Part shown: positions 42,115 to 57,125 of the stretch, one piece after another
How positions within the stretch are numbered: the first letter of the stretch is position 1
Layout: each line of letters opens with the position of its first letter
Assembly: GCF_006345805.1 (NCBI RefSeq)
Contig: NC_043005.1
Coordinates: 38,750,001 to 38,814,000, forward strand
Reading direction: 5' to 3'
Source: Octopus sinensis
Taxonomy: Eukaryota
Length of the DNA stretch: 64,000 bases
The notes under the pieces: model-generated
The model's database searches: none
What the model saw: the letters and a program-made list of their open reading frames with translations, nothing else
What the model was told of the DNA's origin: nothing
Program-made: the position numbers and the translations under genes

Positions 42115-43399
42115 ATACATATGTATGTATGTATTATTTTAAACAACAGTGTTGTAAACAGCAACTTCGAAGTTCGGACAGCTAAGCCATTGTCGTCGAA
42201 CTGGCCGAACTTCTAAGACACCATTTAACAACATTCCTCTTTTAGGAATGATAAATTCGTACCCCACAAGAGTATAGATTAACCCATCAGATTGATGTTC
42301 ATTTGCTTTTATCATAATTGCATAAAAACAAAAGTTATTACACAACACACAAACACACAAAACACACATAAATAGATGAATGGATAGATAGATAGATATA
42401 TAGATAGATAGATAGATAGAAGATATATATATAGAATATAGATAGACACAGACAACCGACGGGCATGGCGGCAGACAGACAGACAGAACCACAGACGTCA
42501 GACAGACAGACAGATAGATAGATAGATAGATAGATAGATAAGATAGATAGATAGATAGATAGATATATAGATAGATAATAGATAGATAATTGATAGATAG
42601 ATAGATAGATATATGAAACACATACCCAGCAACGATTCCTAACACCCACTGACGATATATGCATGATTGGCATATGTTTTTTCTACCACTCAGTTACAGA
42701 ATAAAGGGAAGTTCTTCAAATTCATCATTATCTGAGTGAAATAGAAATAAGTGGAAGAGAGAGAGGAAGCTATCTACAAACTAGAATTCTGGTCCGATTT
42801 CTTACACAAAGTTTCAAGCATTTGCACCAACTGTTGGTATAAATCACTGTCAGGGATTAAATATAGTTTAGGTGGTGGTGTTAATCCCCGTGACAGGTTA
42901 ACGCTACCCCACTCGAAATTGAAATTGAAAGAATCGGAATAAATTATGCAAGTGGTCTGTGTGATGTGTTGACTGTCCCACCAATTTCACTAAGATGTGC
43001 TTTATTGTATCGAACTCTAAAGGTGCACAAGCAAAAGCTGCTCTTAGCTATGATTTGATAAGACCACTGATGGAAGTAAGCCAGATCAACTGGTCCATGG
43101 GGTTTTGTCTTGCATACTAAAGACAGTGCCAATTTCGGATTGAAGGCAATTTACACATAGTTACATTGTGATGCTCATGATACTCCCATTCTGTTCTATT
43201 TTATACAAAGAAACATGTCATATCACAAATCAGTTTAAATTACTTTTAATGTTTTATTGAGCAATATATATTTTCAGACTTAACTTTCTCCTTTTTAGAT
43301 GAGACGACACGTGATTTGTGGAGTAATATGCATACATGGTTAAACACATATGTATATGTATGTTTGCATGTATGTATATATATATATATATATATAGAT

Positions 43400-43456
<57 letters not shown>

Positions 43457-43544
43457 GATAAATAAGTTGATAGATAGATGCATATATATACGTACATGTA
43501 CATTTATCCTTAGTTATATTTACACCTATAAACACACACACACG

Positions 43545-43584
<40 letters not shown>

Positions 43585-43719
43585 ACACACACACACACAC
43601 ACACCACACATATATATATATATATATTATATATATATACATATATAGCTTAGGTGTTGCGATACCATTGACCTAGCGTGTGTGTGTGTGTGTTTATAAT
43701 ACATATGCATAGACATATA

Positions 43720-44180
43720 TACGTCGTCTGACAAATAACTATCCTGACTGCTGCCATAGGAATGAAGCTAAAGCATGCAGAGTAATGCCGCTTGACTCAG
43801 ATTAATCTCCATCTCTGCTGTGCATGTGCACTAAGATTTAACGTTCCAGGAGACCCGCAACCAGCAGAACTAAGGAAAACATTGCAGATGTACGTACAGC
43901 TGTGGTGGGAAATCGTCGAATCACCAACCGTAAGTTATCAGAAGATGTGCAGATTAGTTACGGTTCAGTTCAATTTATTATCACTGAAGATTTAGGTATG
44001 AGACGAGTGTCTCCCAAGTTTCTGCAAAAACTGCTTTCAGCTGACCAAAAAGACACTTGGGTTTCAGTTGTACAAGATTTTACTGTGTCGAGAACGATGA
44101 AAACTCTTTGAAATCTTTGCGTAGGCCTCTGAGTACGTATCACCTAGCTTTTGGTAAAATTTGATGCAGATTATCTACTC
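43720..44180 (+). mobile_element. Mariner fossil
   Basis: It reads NRRITNRKLSEDVQISYGSVQFIITEDLGMRRVSPKFLQKLLSADQK, a second HTH plus the WVPxxL-like linker. Confidence 0.8.
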
Positions 44181-44551
44181 AACTTTCTCTGTCATTTTCT
44201 ATGCGACGATCACAAGCAACACACACGCTACACACTTTCCTTTCATGGCACTTCTATAAAGAGTGGAAGTAAGCTAGAACGTCAAATCCAACATATCTAA
44301 AGATCCATTGCAAGCATTTAAAAACTTACAAAAACATTCTTCGATAATTTTAAAAGGAGCTGACAGAACTGGAGACATTATCATTAAAATAAAAACTACC
44401 ACCACCAAGAGCCATCTCAACTGAAATTTTCAAATATATATTACATATAGATATATATATATATATATTTACATATATATATATGTATATATATATATAG
44501 ACATACTACATACATACATATATATTTAAATATATAATACATAATTATATA

Positions 44552-44590
<39 letters not shown>

Positions 44591-44604
44591 TAATTAGATA
44601 TATA

Positions 44605-44642
<38 letters not shown>

Positions 44643-47364
44643 TGGTGTGTGTGTGTGTGTGTGTGTGTCTGTTTAAAAACACAGGTATTTATTGCATTAG
44701 TCGTAGTAGTAGTAAGTCGATGGAGAAGCAACACCGTCTTGGTCAGAAACGAAACTCACCTGACTGTAAAGTAACAACATTAAGACAAAGGAGTATATAA
44801 TTTCGACAAATCGCTTCTACCATCACTTGAACATTCACGTATGTTAAACATTTAGACACACACACTCACACACACACACAAATATGCACACCCAAAGACG
44901 TATTTGTCCGATGCCTTCTACATCTACTCGGAATTTACGCGATTTCAATGTTTCATTCAGAACGCAGATACATCGATGTCACTTTTCTGAGAAATTTTCA
45001 AGAATTTTAAGATGGCGCTACAATATTTGCATTTTAATAGTTTAGCGAAGCACATGTGACCTACTCGTAAATTAAATTATGAGCTATAATTACATAAAGG
45101 TTACAGAATAAGGTAGATGATTCGCAATTAACGGCTACGTTCTTTCAAAGAGAAGTAATTAAAATTTTTCGAAGAGAATTAATTAAAATTTTTCAGAAGG
45201 AATTAGTTAAAGAGAGTAACTTATCCGTGTGCTGGGATTACAATTACCAGGTTGTCAATGTGAAAGTGCTAGTATATTAAAGATGAGAATTAAGTAGATG
45301 TAACTCGCATAGGTATTAGATTTATAAACGATTTAGCACAAATGTTTTCAATTTGGCATATGCTGTTGAAAGAGAATTAAATTGAAATAACCATCAGTGT
45401 ACTATACCCAACGTGTAAACTCCATTGAAAGGCGTGATAAGTATTTGTGTATCACGCTAACGTATTGTACAACCATTGAAAAGCATCACATTGTGCTTTT
45501 GTTTGTGTATTTTAATATACTGCAGTTTTGATTGCATTCGCCAAGTCTATTTTAGCCCGGAAAGCTTAACGCCACAGCAGTGAATTTATTATTGCCTTGT
45601 TCATTATACATAGATACAAGCAAATTTCGTCTAGGCATGTAACGGCTGAGTACATTCTATTGACAAGGCCTAAGAAAATTGAAACGCACCTAACGTTCCG
45701 GCAAACTCGCTGCTCCGAAATATATTGGGATTTTATGACTGCATATCTATGAAGAGAATTACATTGAGACTTTAACCACGGCATTAAACTTTTCAATGAT
45801 GTGTATACCTTAATATGCTACTCAAATGACTATTTTGATTTAATGATGCTTCAGTTAAGTACATCAAATTTATTTCCGCCTGGTAAATTCTTCGCAATAT
45901 CTGTGAATTAATTATTCACTGTTCATTATATATACGAGGAAGGAATTTCGTCAAGGCATGTTTTGGCCGGGCTCACGCTCTTAACTAAGAGCAAGAAGAC
46001 CAAAATGCATCTGACAATCATGTGAGTCACTCCTAGGGCGGTGTCTGCCTCACTCAGATATATATCGGTATTTGATTAAACATGTCTATGAAAAGGTTTT
46101 CTTGTTCAGACAAAAACCCCAGAATTATGCCTTTCAATGATGAATACACGTTAGTTATCATAGATAGACGGCTATTTCAAATTAATTCCGTTTTAATTGC
46201 GCACCTGAAGTTTCATTCAGCCTTGCAAAATTTCCACAATGTCTATGAATGTATTATACCCCGTTCGCTATATATATATATATATAATTATATATTCGTT
46301 AGGCATGGTATAGAGATGGCAATTTTGAATGTCTTCAAAGTGAGACAATGGTAAAACCAAATTTTGAAAATAAACATTATTCACCGTGATGACAGTAATT
46401 TTCACAATTGATAGACTTACAATTAAATATTAAGTTGCAAGTGTATTACAACTTGCAAGTGTATTACAGCCCTGAATATAGTTTATATAATCATTTAACC
46501 ACATGGATTATCAATAATTCTAATGGAAGATTGTGACAAGAGCAATTCATTAGAGGTATTCTTTCTAAGATGCGGCATGAAACAATTGAAGTTTCAGTGT
46601 AAAAACATTCTAATGTAAAATCCAAATCGGGCTATCAATTATTCGAACAAATTTTAAATGGAATTTCTTTTTGTCAATTAACGGAATTTACAGCCTCAAG
46701 TCTCTTATGTAATGGACTATCAGACTAAATCACCAATATATGATTTTCCACTATATAAATGTCTCATATATTTAACGAGTATGCAAAGGAGTCTTCTGTT
46801 TAAATGGAATGGATAGCAACTCTGTTAGATCGCACTTTTTATCTCGTATATTTGAAACGTAAATTTTAAGCACCCAGTTTTTCAATCGTGGCCATGACCA
46901 TTATGTAAATGGAATATATCGTGCACTGGAATATGTTTGACAACTTGAATGTTTTGAAAGTAAGCAAAAACTAAATGTTTCTCCACTTTAGTATAAAAAA
47001 ATATTGACCAGCGAAGTCTATGTTTTAAGCTTCTCAATTACACTAAAATCATAATCACTCCTGAGGCTGCTCAATGGCTTTCTACCATTACATCTATGCA
47101 GCATTTAGCTGTGGTATTATTTCCTTTATTTTACCAAACCATCTCCGACAACGAAGTGGAATAGTTTTTGTTTCTGTATTTAGATGAATTTATATGGTTT
47201 ATGGTTCAGAGTTTTGAGAACATCAAATCATAAGTGACTTCGAAGGTTACATACTCTTCTTGCTTTTACCAGTCTTCTAGCTCGTCGTTTCCTGCAAAAC
47301 CGTCCAACCCATGCCAGTTTGTAAAATTGATGTTAAACGATGACAATGATTATATATGTTTGTC

Positions 47365-47395
<31 letters not shown>

Positions 47396-48224
47396 CGAAC
47401 GCGTTTCTTATTGAAATCCGGTATTGAAAGTTTTGTGCTTAGTGGTACGAATTTTAAAGATGTAAGTAAATATCTCATCTCTGCTATACAAATTTGTTCT
47501 TCGAATGTGCTTTCAGTTTTTTTTTTATATATATATACCTTATAAGTTTTACAATTTTACAGGAAACATTACCAACACGCTTTCACTTCATTTTTTTTAG
47601 GTTTTTAAAATGTACCTTTCTTTTACATTTTTCGCTTCACTTTTTCATTTCCTTTTAAAGATAAACTTTGGTTGTATTACTGTATTATTGCGCGATATTT
47701 CCAAGTCATTTTTTCCCTATGAGCTTTGAACTTAACTTGTTCGACTCCAAGTGTCTAAAAGTATAATCATTTTAACAATTTATCTTTGTATTTCTTTTTT
47801 CCTATGACGAACCTTTTCTTAGTTTCATTTTAATTTGTTCGGATTTTTATCTCTCACGTGGTTTTACAGTGAGTATAAATAAAATTTCTGTAGTTCCAGT
47901 AGTAGTTTTAATGTTTCTTGTTCTTGTTTTAAATTTTATTCACTTTAAATTTAGTTCACTCGTATCGTTCTTTTTCCTTTCGATTTTTTTCTTCGTCTTT
48001 TGTATTTCTGCTGCCGAAACCAAGTCTGATCGTTAATTATTCATTATAGTTGCTATCATGATTTAGAATTGTTCTGCACAGGCGTAACTATGTGGTTGAG
48101 AAAATCGTGGTTTTAAGTTCAGTCTCACAGTGCAACACGTTCAAGTGTCTTGTCCTATAACCCTCACGCCGACTAATAGCTTATAAGTGAATTTTTAAAT
48201 GGAAACTCTAAGAAGTTCGTCGTG

Positions 48225-48269
<45 letters not shown>

Positions 48270-48285
48270 TATATATATATATATT

Positions 48286-48640
48286 ATTCTTTTACTTGTT
48301 TCAGTCATTTGGTACAGTTATGCTGGAGAACCGCCTTAAAGGACCTACTCTGTGTAAGCCGAGTACTTATTCTATCGGTCTCTTTTGCCGAACCGTTAAG
48401 TTAGGGGACGCAAACATGCAAAGGTTGTCAAGCGATGGGGTGGGAGACAAACACAAAAACAAAGACACACACACATGAATATATACATATATAGGATGAG
48501 TTTCTTTCAGCTTCCATCTACCAAATCCACTTTCAAGGCTTTGGTCGGACCGGGGCTATAATAGCAGACATTTGCCCAAGTGGGACTGAACCCAGAATCA
48601 TGTGGGTGAGAAGAAAGCTTCTTACAACGCAGCCACGTCT
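48286..48640 (-). mobile_element. SINE family b copy (an inverted partial copy lies at 48078-48222)
   Basis: It is homologous to 55866-56225. Confidence 0.8.
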
Positions 48641-48826
48641 GCTCTAATACACAAACACACAGACACACACACACAACACACACATATATATTGGCAAAAA
48701 AAGTTCATTTTCCATGTTTTTGTATGTCATGTCCTCCTTTTTTCATATTGTTAATTTTTTTATTGACGTTCTGTACTCATGTATGCATGTGTATATAGAT
48801 ATATATATATAAGCATGTGCATGTAC

Positions 48827-48872
<46 letters not shown>

Positions 48873-48881
48873 TATATATAT

Positions 48882-48914
<33 letters not shown>

Positions 48915-48982
48915 ATTTATATTATTATATGATCGAACACCAGGCATCCATTTCCAAGTAAGTTTTATATATACATACATAC

Positions 48983-49018
<36 letters not shown>

Positions 49019-49254
49019 TCGAACTTCTCCATTGGATTCTTTATCAACTCTTTATCTATCTTTTACGGATTCTCGTTTGGATATTTACCCTCCGGCTGCA
49101 CCTCTCCTACATACGGATCACTATGGAATCAACTCTTGATGAGAAATACTTGCAATACACCAGGACATCAAAAGAAAACCTTTGAAAAAGAGTCGCCATG
49201 ATAGATCGTTAGCCACTACACAAATTTTTTCCTCTCCTTGTTTTTTCTGTGTCC

Positions 49255-49290
49255 CTTTCTGTAGAAGAGCGTAGGCTCGAATCGTAAAAG
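49255..49290 (+). ncRNA. Degenerate minimal hammerhead motif in a recurrent short repeat family
   Basis: The sequence is cttt-CTGTAGA-a-gagc gtag gctc-GAAT-cg-TA-aaag. Related copies lie at 27966-28003 and 23888-23906, the latter with intact GAAACGTA. Confidence 0.55.
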
Positions 49291-49399
49291 ACTTTTTCTA
49301 TTCCTGAGCGATATTCTAATACATCTGTTTGTTTTGTACACCACCTGTCTTCGTCTTTTGTTTTTTTTCGTAAACTCTCATATATATATATGTAGGGTA

Positions 49400-50242
49400 C
49401 AGTACGTAAACTGTCATCTGAATTGCGCAAAAATGAAAATAACACTGACATCATATTTTACCAGATATATTTACTAATATTACATAAAATTATCTTGAAA
49501 TACTAAAGAGTAAATTTATTAAATAAAATCATTGGCTTCAACCACAGCCGCCAGACGAATCACCTGCAACTCTTCTGGACGGTCACTTTATTAAGTTGGT
49601 GAATGCTGCCATAATGCTTGCCTTCAGTTCATTTATGATGTTACAAGGAGTTTTGTTGGTCTCTTGCTCAACTGCGACCCACACATAATAATCAAGTGGG
49701 TTGCAGTCTCGGGAGTTAGGTGACCAGATGATAGGGGGGATGTGGTCACATAAATTGTTTGACAACCATGACTGGGTTTTCATGCTTTTGTGGCTTGACG
49801 CAGAGTCCTGTTGCCAGACATAGTGTTTTCCAGCAGCCACCCTCTTGACCCAGGGCAGGACTATCTCATTCAGGAACTTGATGTAGGCTACCGTCTTTAG
49901 TCTTAGGCCGTGTAGTGATCACTCCAAACACCATGATGTTGATTGGATGGTTGATCTTTATCACTCTTGCTACATGTTCTCAGATTGCGCTGTTCTCAAA
50001 TTGCGCTGTCCTCAGGTGACATCCAAACACTCTGAAATGTCCGTATTGGTGCTATCAGCGCGAATACCAAACAGTACAGCATGTCATTTCAAAATTTCTG
50101 GCAGAATAAATTGCATCATGGTGCTGTGTTTCTCACAGACGGCGCCCCATTGACCCTACTATGCTCTGTAGTCGACAAAATCCAAAATAAACAATGCGCA
50201 TGCGATAAATTAAAAATATAAAATGGCGACAATTTACCCATC
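49400..50242 (-). mobile_element. Tc1/mariner (DD37D-like) deletion derivative
   Basis: It contains YVWQQDSASSHKS..WSPNSRDCNPLDYYVW, with IMVFGV upstream. Confidence 0.8.
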
Positions 50243-50259
50243 GTTCAATGTATGTCTGT

Positions 50260-50311
<52 letters not shown>

Positions 50312-50622
50312 TGTGTGTGTGTGTGTGTTTCTGCTTGTGCTTGTCTCTAAAACTGCTTGACAACTGATGTTAGTTTACGTACCGGTAACATAGAGGCTGG
50401 GCAAAGGGTCCATGCTAATAAATACTAGATAGTGTTTTTCCTGTTTCAGTAATTTGCATGCGGTCACGTCCGTGATGGTTTCATTCTAAAAAAAATCGTC
50501 TCTAGTACATATATCTAAAATCTGTAATTATTCTATCGGTCTGCTTTGCCGAATTGCTACGTAACGATTATTAAGCAGTGTGGGGTATAAGCACAATCAC
50601 AAATCGCACGCACATGTACACA

Positions 50623-50662
<40 letters not shown>

Positions 50663-50669
50663 CACACAC

Positions 50670-50725
<56 letters not shown>

Positions 50726-51184
50726 GCGCTCATGTGCGTGTGTATATACGGCTGTCTTCCATACAGTTTCCATCAAAAAATACCCTGAACTTGGCAACAA
50801 GGTGTTGTGGCAAAGTGAGCCTCTTAACCACAGAGCTATGCATGTACCTATTTACACTTCATAATATAAATTTCTTGTCGTCAGCAATAAGAGAAATATA
50901 TTTAAGGCTGTAAACAATGATGTAATGGTATTTATGTTTATCTCATGTTTTGCGCAGTGACAAAGGGAGTGGAACGCATAAACAGATATATATACAGTTT
51001 TGCTATGATATGCAATAGTACCTTCTATTCTATAGAATTCTGAAATATATATCTATATATATTATATATATATATAGATATATATTATATATATATATAT
51101 TGCAACTATTTGATACATCATACTCATCTTTTAGTTTTCTCTTGACTCATCTATCTACTATCTATCTATCTATCTATCTATCTA

Positions 51185-51275
<91 letters not shown>

Positions 51276-51349
51276 TGTCTGTCTGTTTGTCTGTATGTGC
51301 ATTTCATATCTCTCATTCTCTTTCCCACCACTCTTTCCGTATATGCAAG

Positions 51350-51408
<59 letters not shown>

Positions 51409-52187
51409 CTGTCTATCTATCTATTTATCTATCAATATATCGCTCTTTCTCCGCTCTGTCTGTATAATAACTGTATAGTGATATTTATGTTTATCCTATG
51501 GTTATCGCTGTGTTACATATAGCCAGATATCTTGATTCTCTTATGATTCGTAAATTCTAGTCTCAAGAATTCTTAATATAAGTCGTAATTATTTGTTATA
51601 CTCATATATGTCGTAATTATTTGGTATACTCATAACTTTAGTTACAATTTTAAAATTTCAAAATAGCCTTGTTTTAGCTTTAGCTCGGCAAAAGATCGAT
51701 CAAGATTCCAAATACACGACGTCCACGTCATCTTTCTTTCATACTGACTTTGAGCAGATATGCGTGAAGAAATGTATGGAAGCGTAAAAGTCGCGAGCAA
51801 TCGTGTGTTTAATAGAACAAAGAATTATTGCAAAACAACAATGAACGCTATAAATTTTCTATGGCGCCATGTTGTCTATTTAATATATACTAACCGTTCT
51901 ATGAAAATACAGTATAAATTTTAATCAGCACCCACAATTACAATACCGTGCTATGTTAAGCCTCCTCCACCACCGCGCACATAACACTAATAAGAGGCAA
52001 ATAAGCTGTATACATCTAAATCATAATTTCTGTTGTTACATAGGATTCTAAATAATTATAAACGGAATGTACTTTCCAGTTACTATACTCATGTTTACAA
52101 ATATTAGTGGTATGTGTTTGTAGGTGTGTAGGTATGCATGAATATACGTATGTATATATATGTTTATATATATATATGTTTATATAT

Positions 52188-52244
<57 letters not shown>

Positions 52245-55200
52245 TTCCATATATATGCATATATATATGTCCGAATATATATATTACGTGTGTGTATATA
52301 TATACACACACAGAAAGAGGTGAGAGAAAGACGAAGAAAAAAGAGAGATGCATTTGTATGTATACATGTATAATGTATGTATACTCGCACATACAGAATT
52401 TTGTTTATAAATATTACCAAGTTCTTATTAAATGTTCATATCTAATTCGAGAATGATAAATCGTTTCTAATTTATTAAAATCAACATATCTTTTTACACT
52501 CCTAACACGTTCGAATTGTATTAAATTTTTTTTCAAATTAGAATGTGACAATGAATGATGATGACATTTCGTAATATTTCTTTTTTTCCTTTCACACTCA
52601 GGTTCATATATCTATGCTTCTTTTCAATATGTCACTCCCTGATTCAATTACAAAATATTTCAATGAGAGTATGTATCGATATCCTTTTTTGAGGAATTTC
52701 TATATCTCACTATACTCTATCTGAGCCCTTTTGTTTATGACCTGAATGAGATCAGAGGATAATTATCTCTCCTTCTCATACAATGAAAGTCTTTTACTGA
52801 TTACGCATATCAGCTAAAGTAATTTTCAAGAGATCTCCAAGCGAACCTGAAATTCAAAGAACTGACGCAATATGCAGTCGTCATAACAGTAACCCTACCT
52901 AATCTAAATCTAATTCTAATCGGAGCAAAATAAACTGGGGTGTCAACAGCTCGGTTTCTTTACCACAGACTCAACTCGTTTGGTGAATTTATGAAGTCAA
53001 CGTGATGAAAATAATCTGTCTGTAACGATTATATATTTACCGTTCGTACTAACATCTCCCTAATATCATCTTCCGTTCAAGTTTGAGTTTGAGAATATTT
53101 TTTAATCAAAAATTTCTACTTGAATTTCTTTTTCTGCTTTTCCGGCGATACGAGCATTATAATTCAGAATACAACCCGTTTATAGGTAGATGTAACGTAA
53201 ATGCATCCAATAAAAGGTGATATTTGATACCACATTTATCAAGTTTTCGATATTTGGCAATTGAACCTGACGAATAGTATCAACTCTTTCATACTTTATA
53301 TATTAGACCTGTATAATTTACATTATCTGGTTAAGTCTTGATAAAGTGACTTTCATATTTAATATGGGAGAATACTGCAGAGTCCTTACTCTGCACTATT
53401 CTCAATGTCACTTTGGGTTTAAATCATCTGAGCTGCAGATTTCAAATGTCATTTCTTATCCGTATAAGAACGATCGCCTTTGATTGTAATTGTGCATATT
53501 TATGATTGACCCGAAGTTGAAAAACATCATTACACAAACATTTGTTGTACGAATTGCAACTACTATTGTCTATTACAATACTGCTACCACTGCTACAGCT
53601 GCTGCTGCTACTGCTAATCCTTCTGTTATTACTGTAGTTGTCATTGTGATAAATGTTGTTCCTGTTTCTGGAATTGTTGTAATTTTACATTTCTTGCTAC
53701 TTATGTTTTAGCTTTCAACAACAATCCAACAATTAATCAAATATATCGGCATGCTAAGCAACATCTTACTCGTCTATTCTTATTGTTATTTCAAGTTATT
53801 GATCCCTATTCGTTTCACTGAAAATATAGGCACGGCCATCTTTTGTGTCTCTTTGGCTGCCACTTATTTTGTTAAATCGAAAAGGAAAAGGAAGACTCAA
53901 GACTGCAACTTCCTTATATTTCTAACGTTCTCGGCCATGCTTCTTGTATATAATTCTATATGTGGTTTCTCTTTCTATAGTTAGAACGTAAAACGTCACA
54001 TTGGAACTCCTGGATTGACAATAAGAATAATCAAACCACTGCCAACAACAGTAACTGCAACAGCAAAAGCAAGACCAGCATCGTCATTATCACCAAGCAC
54101 TACAAAAAGACTAAGGGAAGTGGTAACAACGACAGCACTAGCTGCAACAATATCAACAACAAAAACAAGTTATGATTAAGAAGAAATATTTATAATTATA
54201 TAAATTTCATGATTATACATGAAACATTTATGCAAAGGAAATAAAATTAATATTTCGCATGGGAACAGTTCAAAGCGCATGCAGAAGATAATAATAATAA
54301 AAATAGTGATATTAGTGAGACTTGTACGCATTTTAATGAGAGATTAATGTTGGTAATTCTATTAAGAATATCGAGGATGTTCTCATTACAATACGATTAT
54401 AATATTGTAAATATGCAGGAAATAGAGAGGGGGAGTTACTGATCGAGCTGATATGATACAGATGGTTATCCATTGAAGAATAACTCTGGTAAAAAAAAAA
54501 ATTAAACTGCTGATTGTGTTTGTCACATATTCATATTATAAATGGGATATTATAGAACAACCTAGAGTAGGAATTTAGATAGGCGAAGCGATAATAGATA
54601 TATACTTTTGTGCGTTTCTCTATGGCTTTGTATCATTTGTGTGAATATAGGAATGAGTGAGAAAGAGAGAATAGGAGAGCGAGAGAGTGTGTATGTGTAT
54701 GTGTGTGAGTGTGTGTGCGTGTTTTATAGAACGAGAAGTTTCCTGATTTCAAAAGTCAACGATTTCTATTACTATAATATTCTATCTCTGGGCAAACAAT
54801 CGAACAGTCAACCGGTGAATGTGTTAGATAATAGGATATTAAGACAATATGACTCTACCCAGACACAATAGGATTTGCTTCAACACATGAGCTCATATAA
54901 AGAATCTTGCAAACCAAATACAAAAGCGAAGTCAAACTCAGAATTTACTGATACGTAACTATCTCACGAAAACAGTTAACAAGTGTCAACTCAATAATTG
55001 TTGGGCACATAATAAGTGTGGTGAGTGATATTTCATTGGATTTTGGCATTCCGTATATATTGCAACATTCATAAACTCTGATGTGTTTTAGTGAATATAG
55101 AAGGGAGATTAACCACTGAAAAATACACAATAGTTTTCCGGGGTTCACATTATGTATAGTCTTACGAGACATCCATATCATGGAATGCCATGTAAGCTCT

Positions 55201-55710
55201 CTCAAACATACACACACACATACATACACACTAACACAGTGATGTGCATCTATATCAGATGATGGTCTTTTAAAGTGAAGACCACAATAATACAATGTTC
55301 TAACAATGCATCCAAGTTATGTAGGATATAAAGTTTGCCATTCAGTATTGATACCGCTTCTACTGCGAATATTTATCTTTTACAGAGCCTGCTGGCTAGT
55401 TTCGACATCAGTGACTTCGGTCACTATTTTTCCATACATCGTTGCCAGTGGGATTAGGGTGTCATGCAGTGTGTGGACGCCTACAACCGATGGTGCGCAT
55501 GTACGCTGAAATTGGGTGAACTAGGAGTTCCGCCAAGCATTCTAAAGTATTCTCATCTGCTAATGGTATGTCTGTGCTTCTTAGCACTTTAATTCCCTAT
55601 AAGAGGATGCCTGAAGACAAATATCGAAGTAATACGTCGTTTTAACAAGAAATACACATTATGTAGGGTGTAAAAATTACCATTCGCAAATTAACACTTC
55701 TTTCTTCGCT

Positions 55711-55758
<48 letters not shown>

Positions 55759-55865
55759 ATATAATATAATATAATATATATAATATAATATAATATAATA
55801 TGATATATACATGTAAGTATGCAAGTATGTATGTATGTATACATTCATACATACATACACACACA

Positions 55866-56225
55866 CAGGGGTGGCTGTGCTAAGACGCTTGCTCCTAGCC
55901 ACACGATCCCGGGTTCAATCCCACTACGTTGCAACTTGGGTAAGTTTCTTCTACTGTAGCCACGGGCCGACCAAAGCCTTTTGAGCAGGTTTGGTAGACG
56001 GTAACTGAGAGGAGTCCGTCGTGTATATATATGTATGTGTTTGTGTGTATGTGTTTGTCCCCACGCCATCGCTTGACAACAGATGCTGGTGTATTTGCGT
56101 CCCCGTAACTTAGCGGTTCGGCAAAATGGACTGATAGAATAAGAACTATGCTTATGAGGAATATGTCCTGCGGTAGATTAGTTCGACTAAAGGTTGTGCT
56201 CCAGCATAGCCGCAGAAAAACGAAT
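55866..56225 (+). mobile_element. tRNA-derived SINE family b (CORE-like)
   Basis: The head is ggtggctgtgctaag..gggttcaatccc, followed by the CORE-like cttgggtaagtttctt and a 3' gctccagcat. Confidence 0.82.
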
Positions 56226-56731
56226 AGAATATATATGTATATATAATCTCCCACAAAGCACTATTGAATGGAGGAGATATATTCGTGTCAAGTCATATTG
56301 AGCCCGTTCGCGTACAGTTGGGCGCGATAAAACCTTACACGGCAGAAAGATTCCCAGTGAAAACTATCCTTTTATCATGTGTAAAAAAATTGCAGAGCAT
56401 AGGATGTCATAGGATCGTAGGAATTATGTGTTTCTAACCTTTTTTTTTGTTTCGTCAGTTACGAATAAATTACTCACAGAACGAAAAGAACGTACACGCA
56501 TGTATTCATATATAAGAAGTGTATACGTGTGCATGTATAAATTGATATATGTATATATATTTACATCGTGACGTATATTTGCCATTTAAATATGGCTAAC
56601 CCCTAAGGGTGGATGCTACTGTAGTTTGTAGCCCCAGGAGGACACCTCCTCCAGCTGGCTATAGAAACACTTTCTGTGCCCTATCAGTATTTGCAAAGGG
56701 AAGCCATCCTTCCCGTCTCCAACTTATGATA

Positions 56732-56776
56732 CACACGGACTCGAGTATCTGGATATTGACCCGTCATCGGCGTGTG
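56732..56776 (-). ncRNA. Minimal type I hammerhead motif, copy 1
   Basis: The sequence is cacacg-CCGATGA-cgggtcaatatcca-GATA-ctcgag-TC-cgtgtg, with a 6-bp stem I, a palindromic stem III and GUC. Confidence 0.65.
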
Positions 56777-57080
56777 ACAATCACAGTTGTCGATGAAAAG
56801 TAGGTTCCCTTCACAAATACATATACTTTTTCCAGTATCGTAAAGATACTGATATCGAAAAAGTGTAAACAAGCAATAATAAATCTTAGAGCGAGTTATA
56901 AACAGTAGCTGCAACACATCGTGACGTATATTTGCTATTTAAATATGGATAACCCCTAAGGGTGGATGCTACTGTAGTTTGTAGCCCCAGGAGGACACCT
57001 CCTCCAGCTATAGACACACTTTCTGTGCCCTATCAGTATTTGCAAAGGGAAGTCATCCTTCCTGTCTCCAACTTATGATA

Positions 57081-57125
57081 CACACGGACTCAAGTTTCTG
57101 GGTATTGACCCGTCATCGGCGTCTG
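57081..57125 (-). ncRNA. Minimal type I hammerhead motif, copy 2
   Basis: The sequence is cagacg-CCGATGA-c gggt caat accc a-GAAA-cttgag-TC-cgtgtg. Confidence 0.65.

Noticed and set aside
51680-51960. CpG-containing patch with a YY1-like atggcgccat as a host promoter
   Set aside because: The motif is short and no downstream exon was identified, so it cannot be supported.
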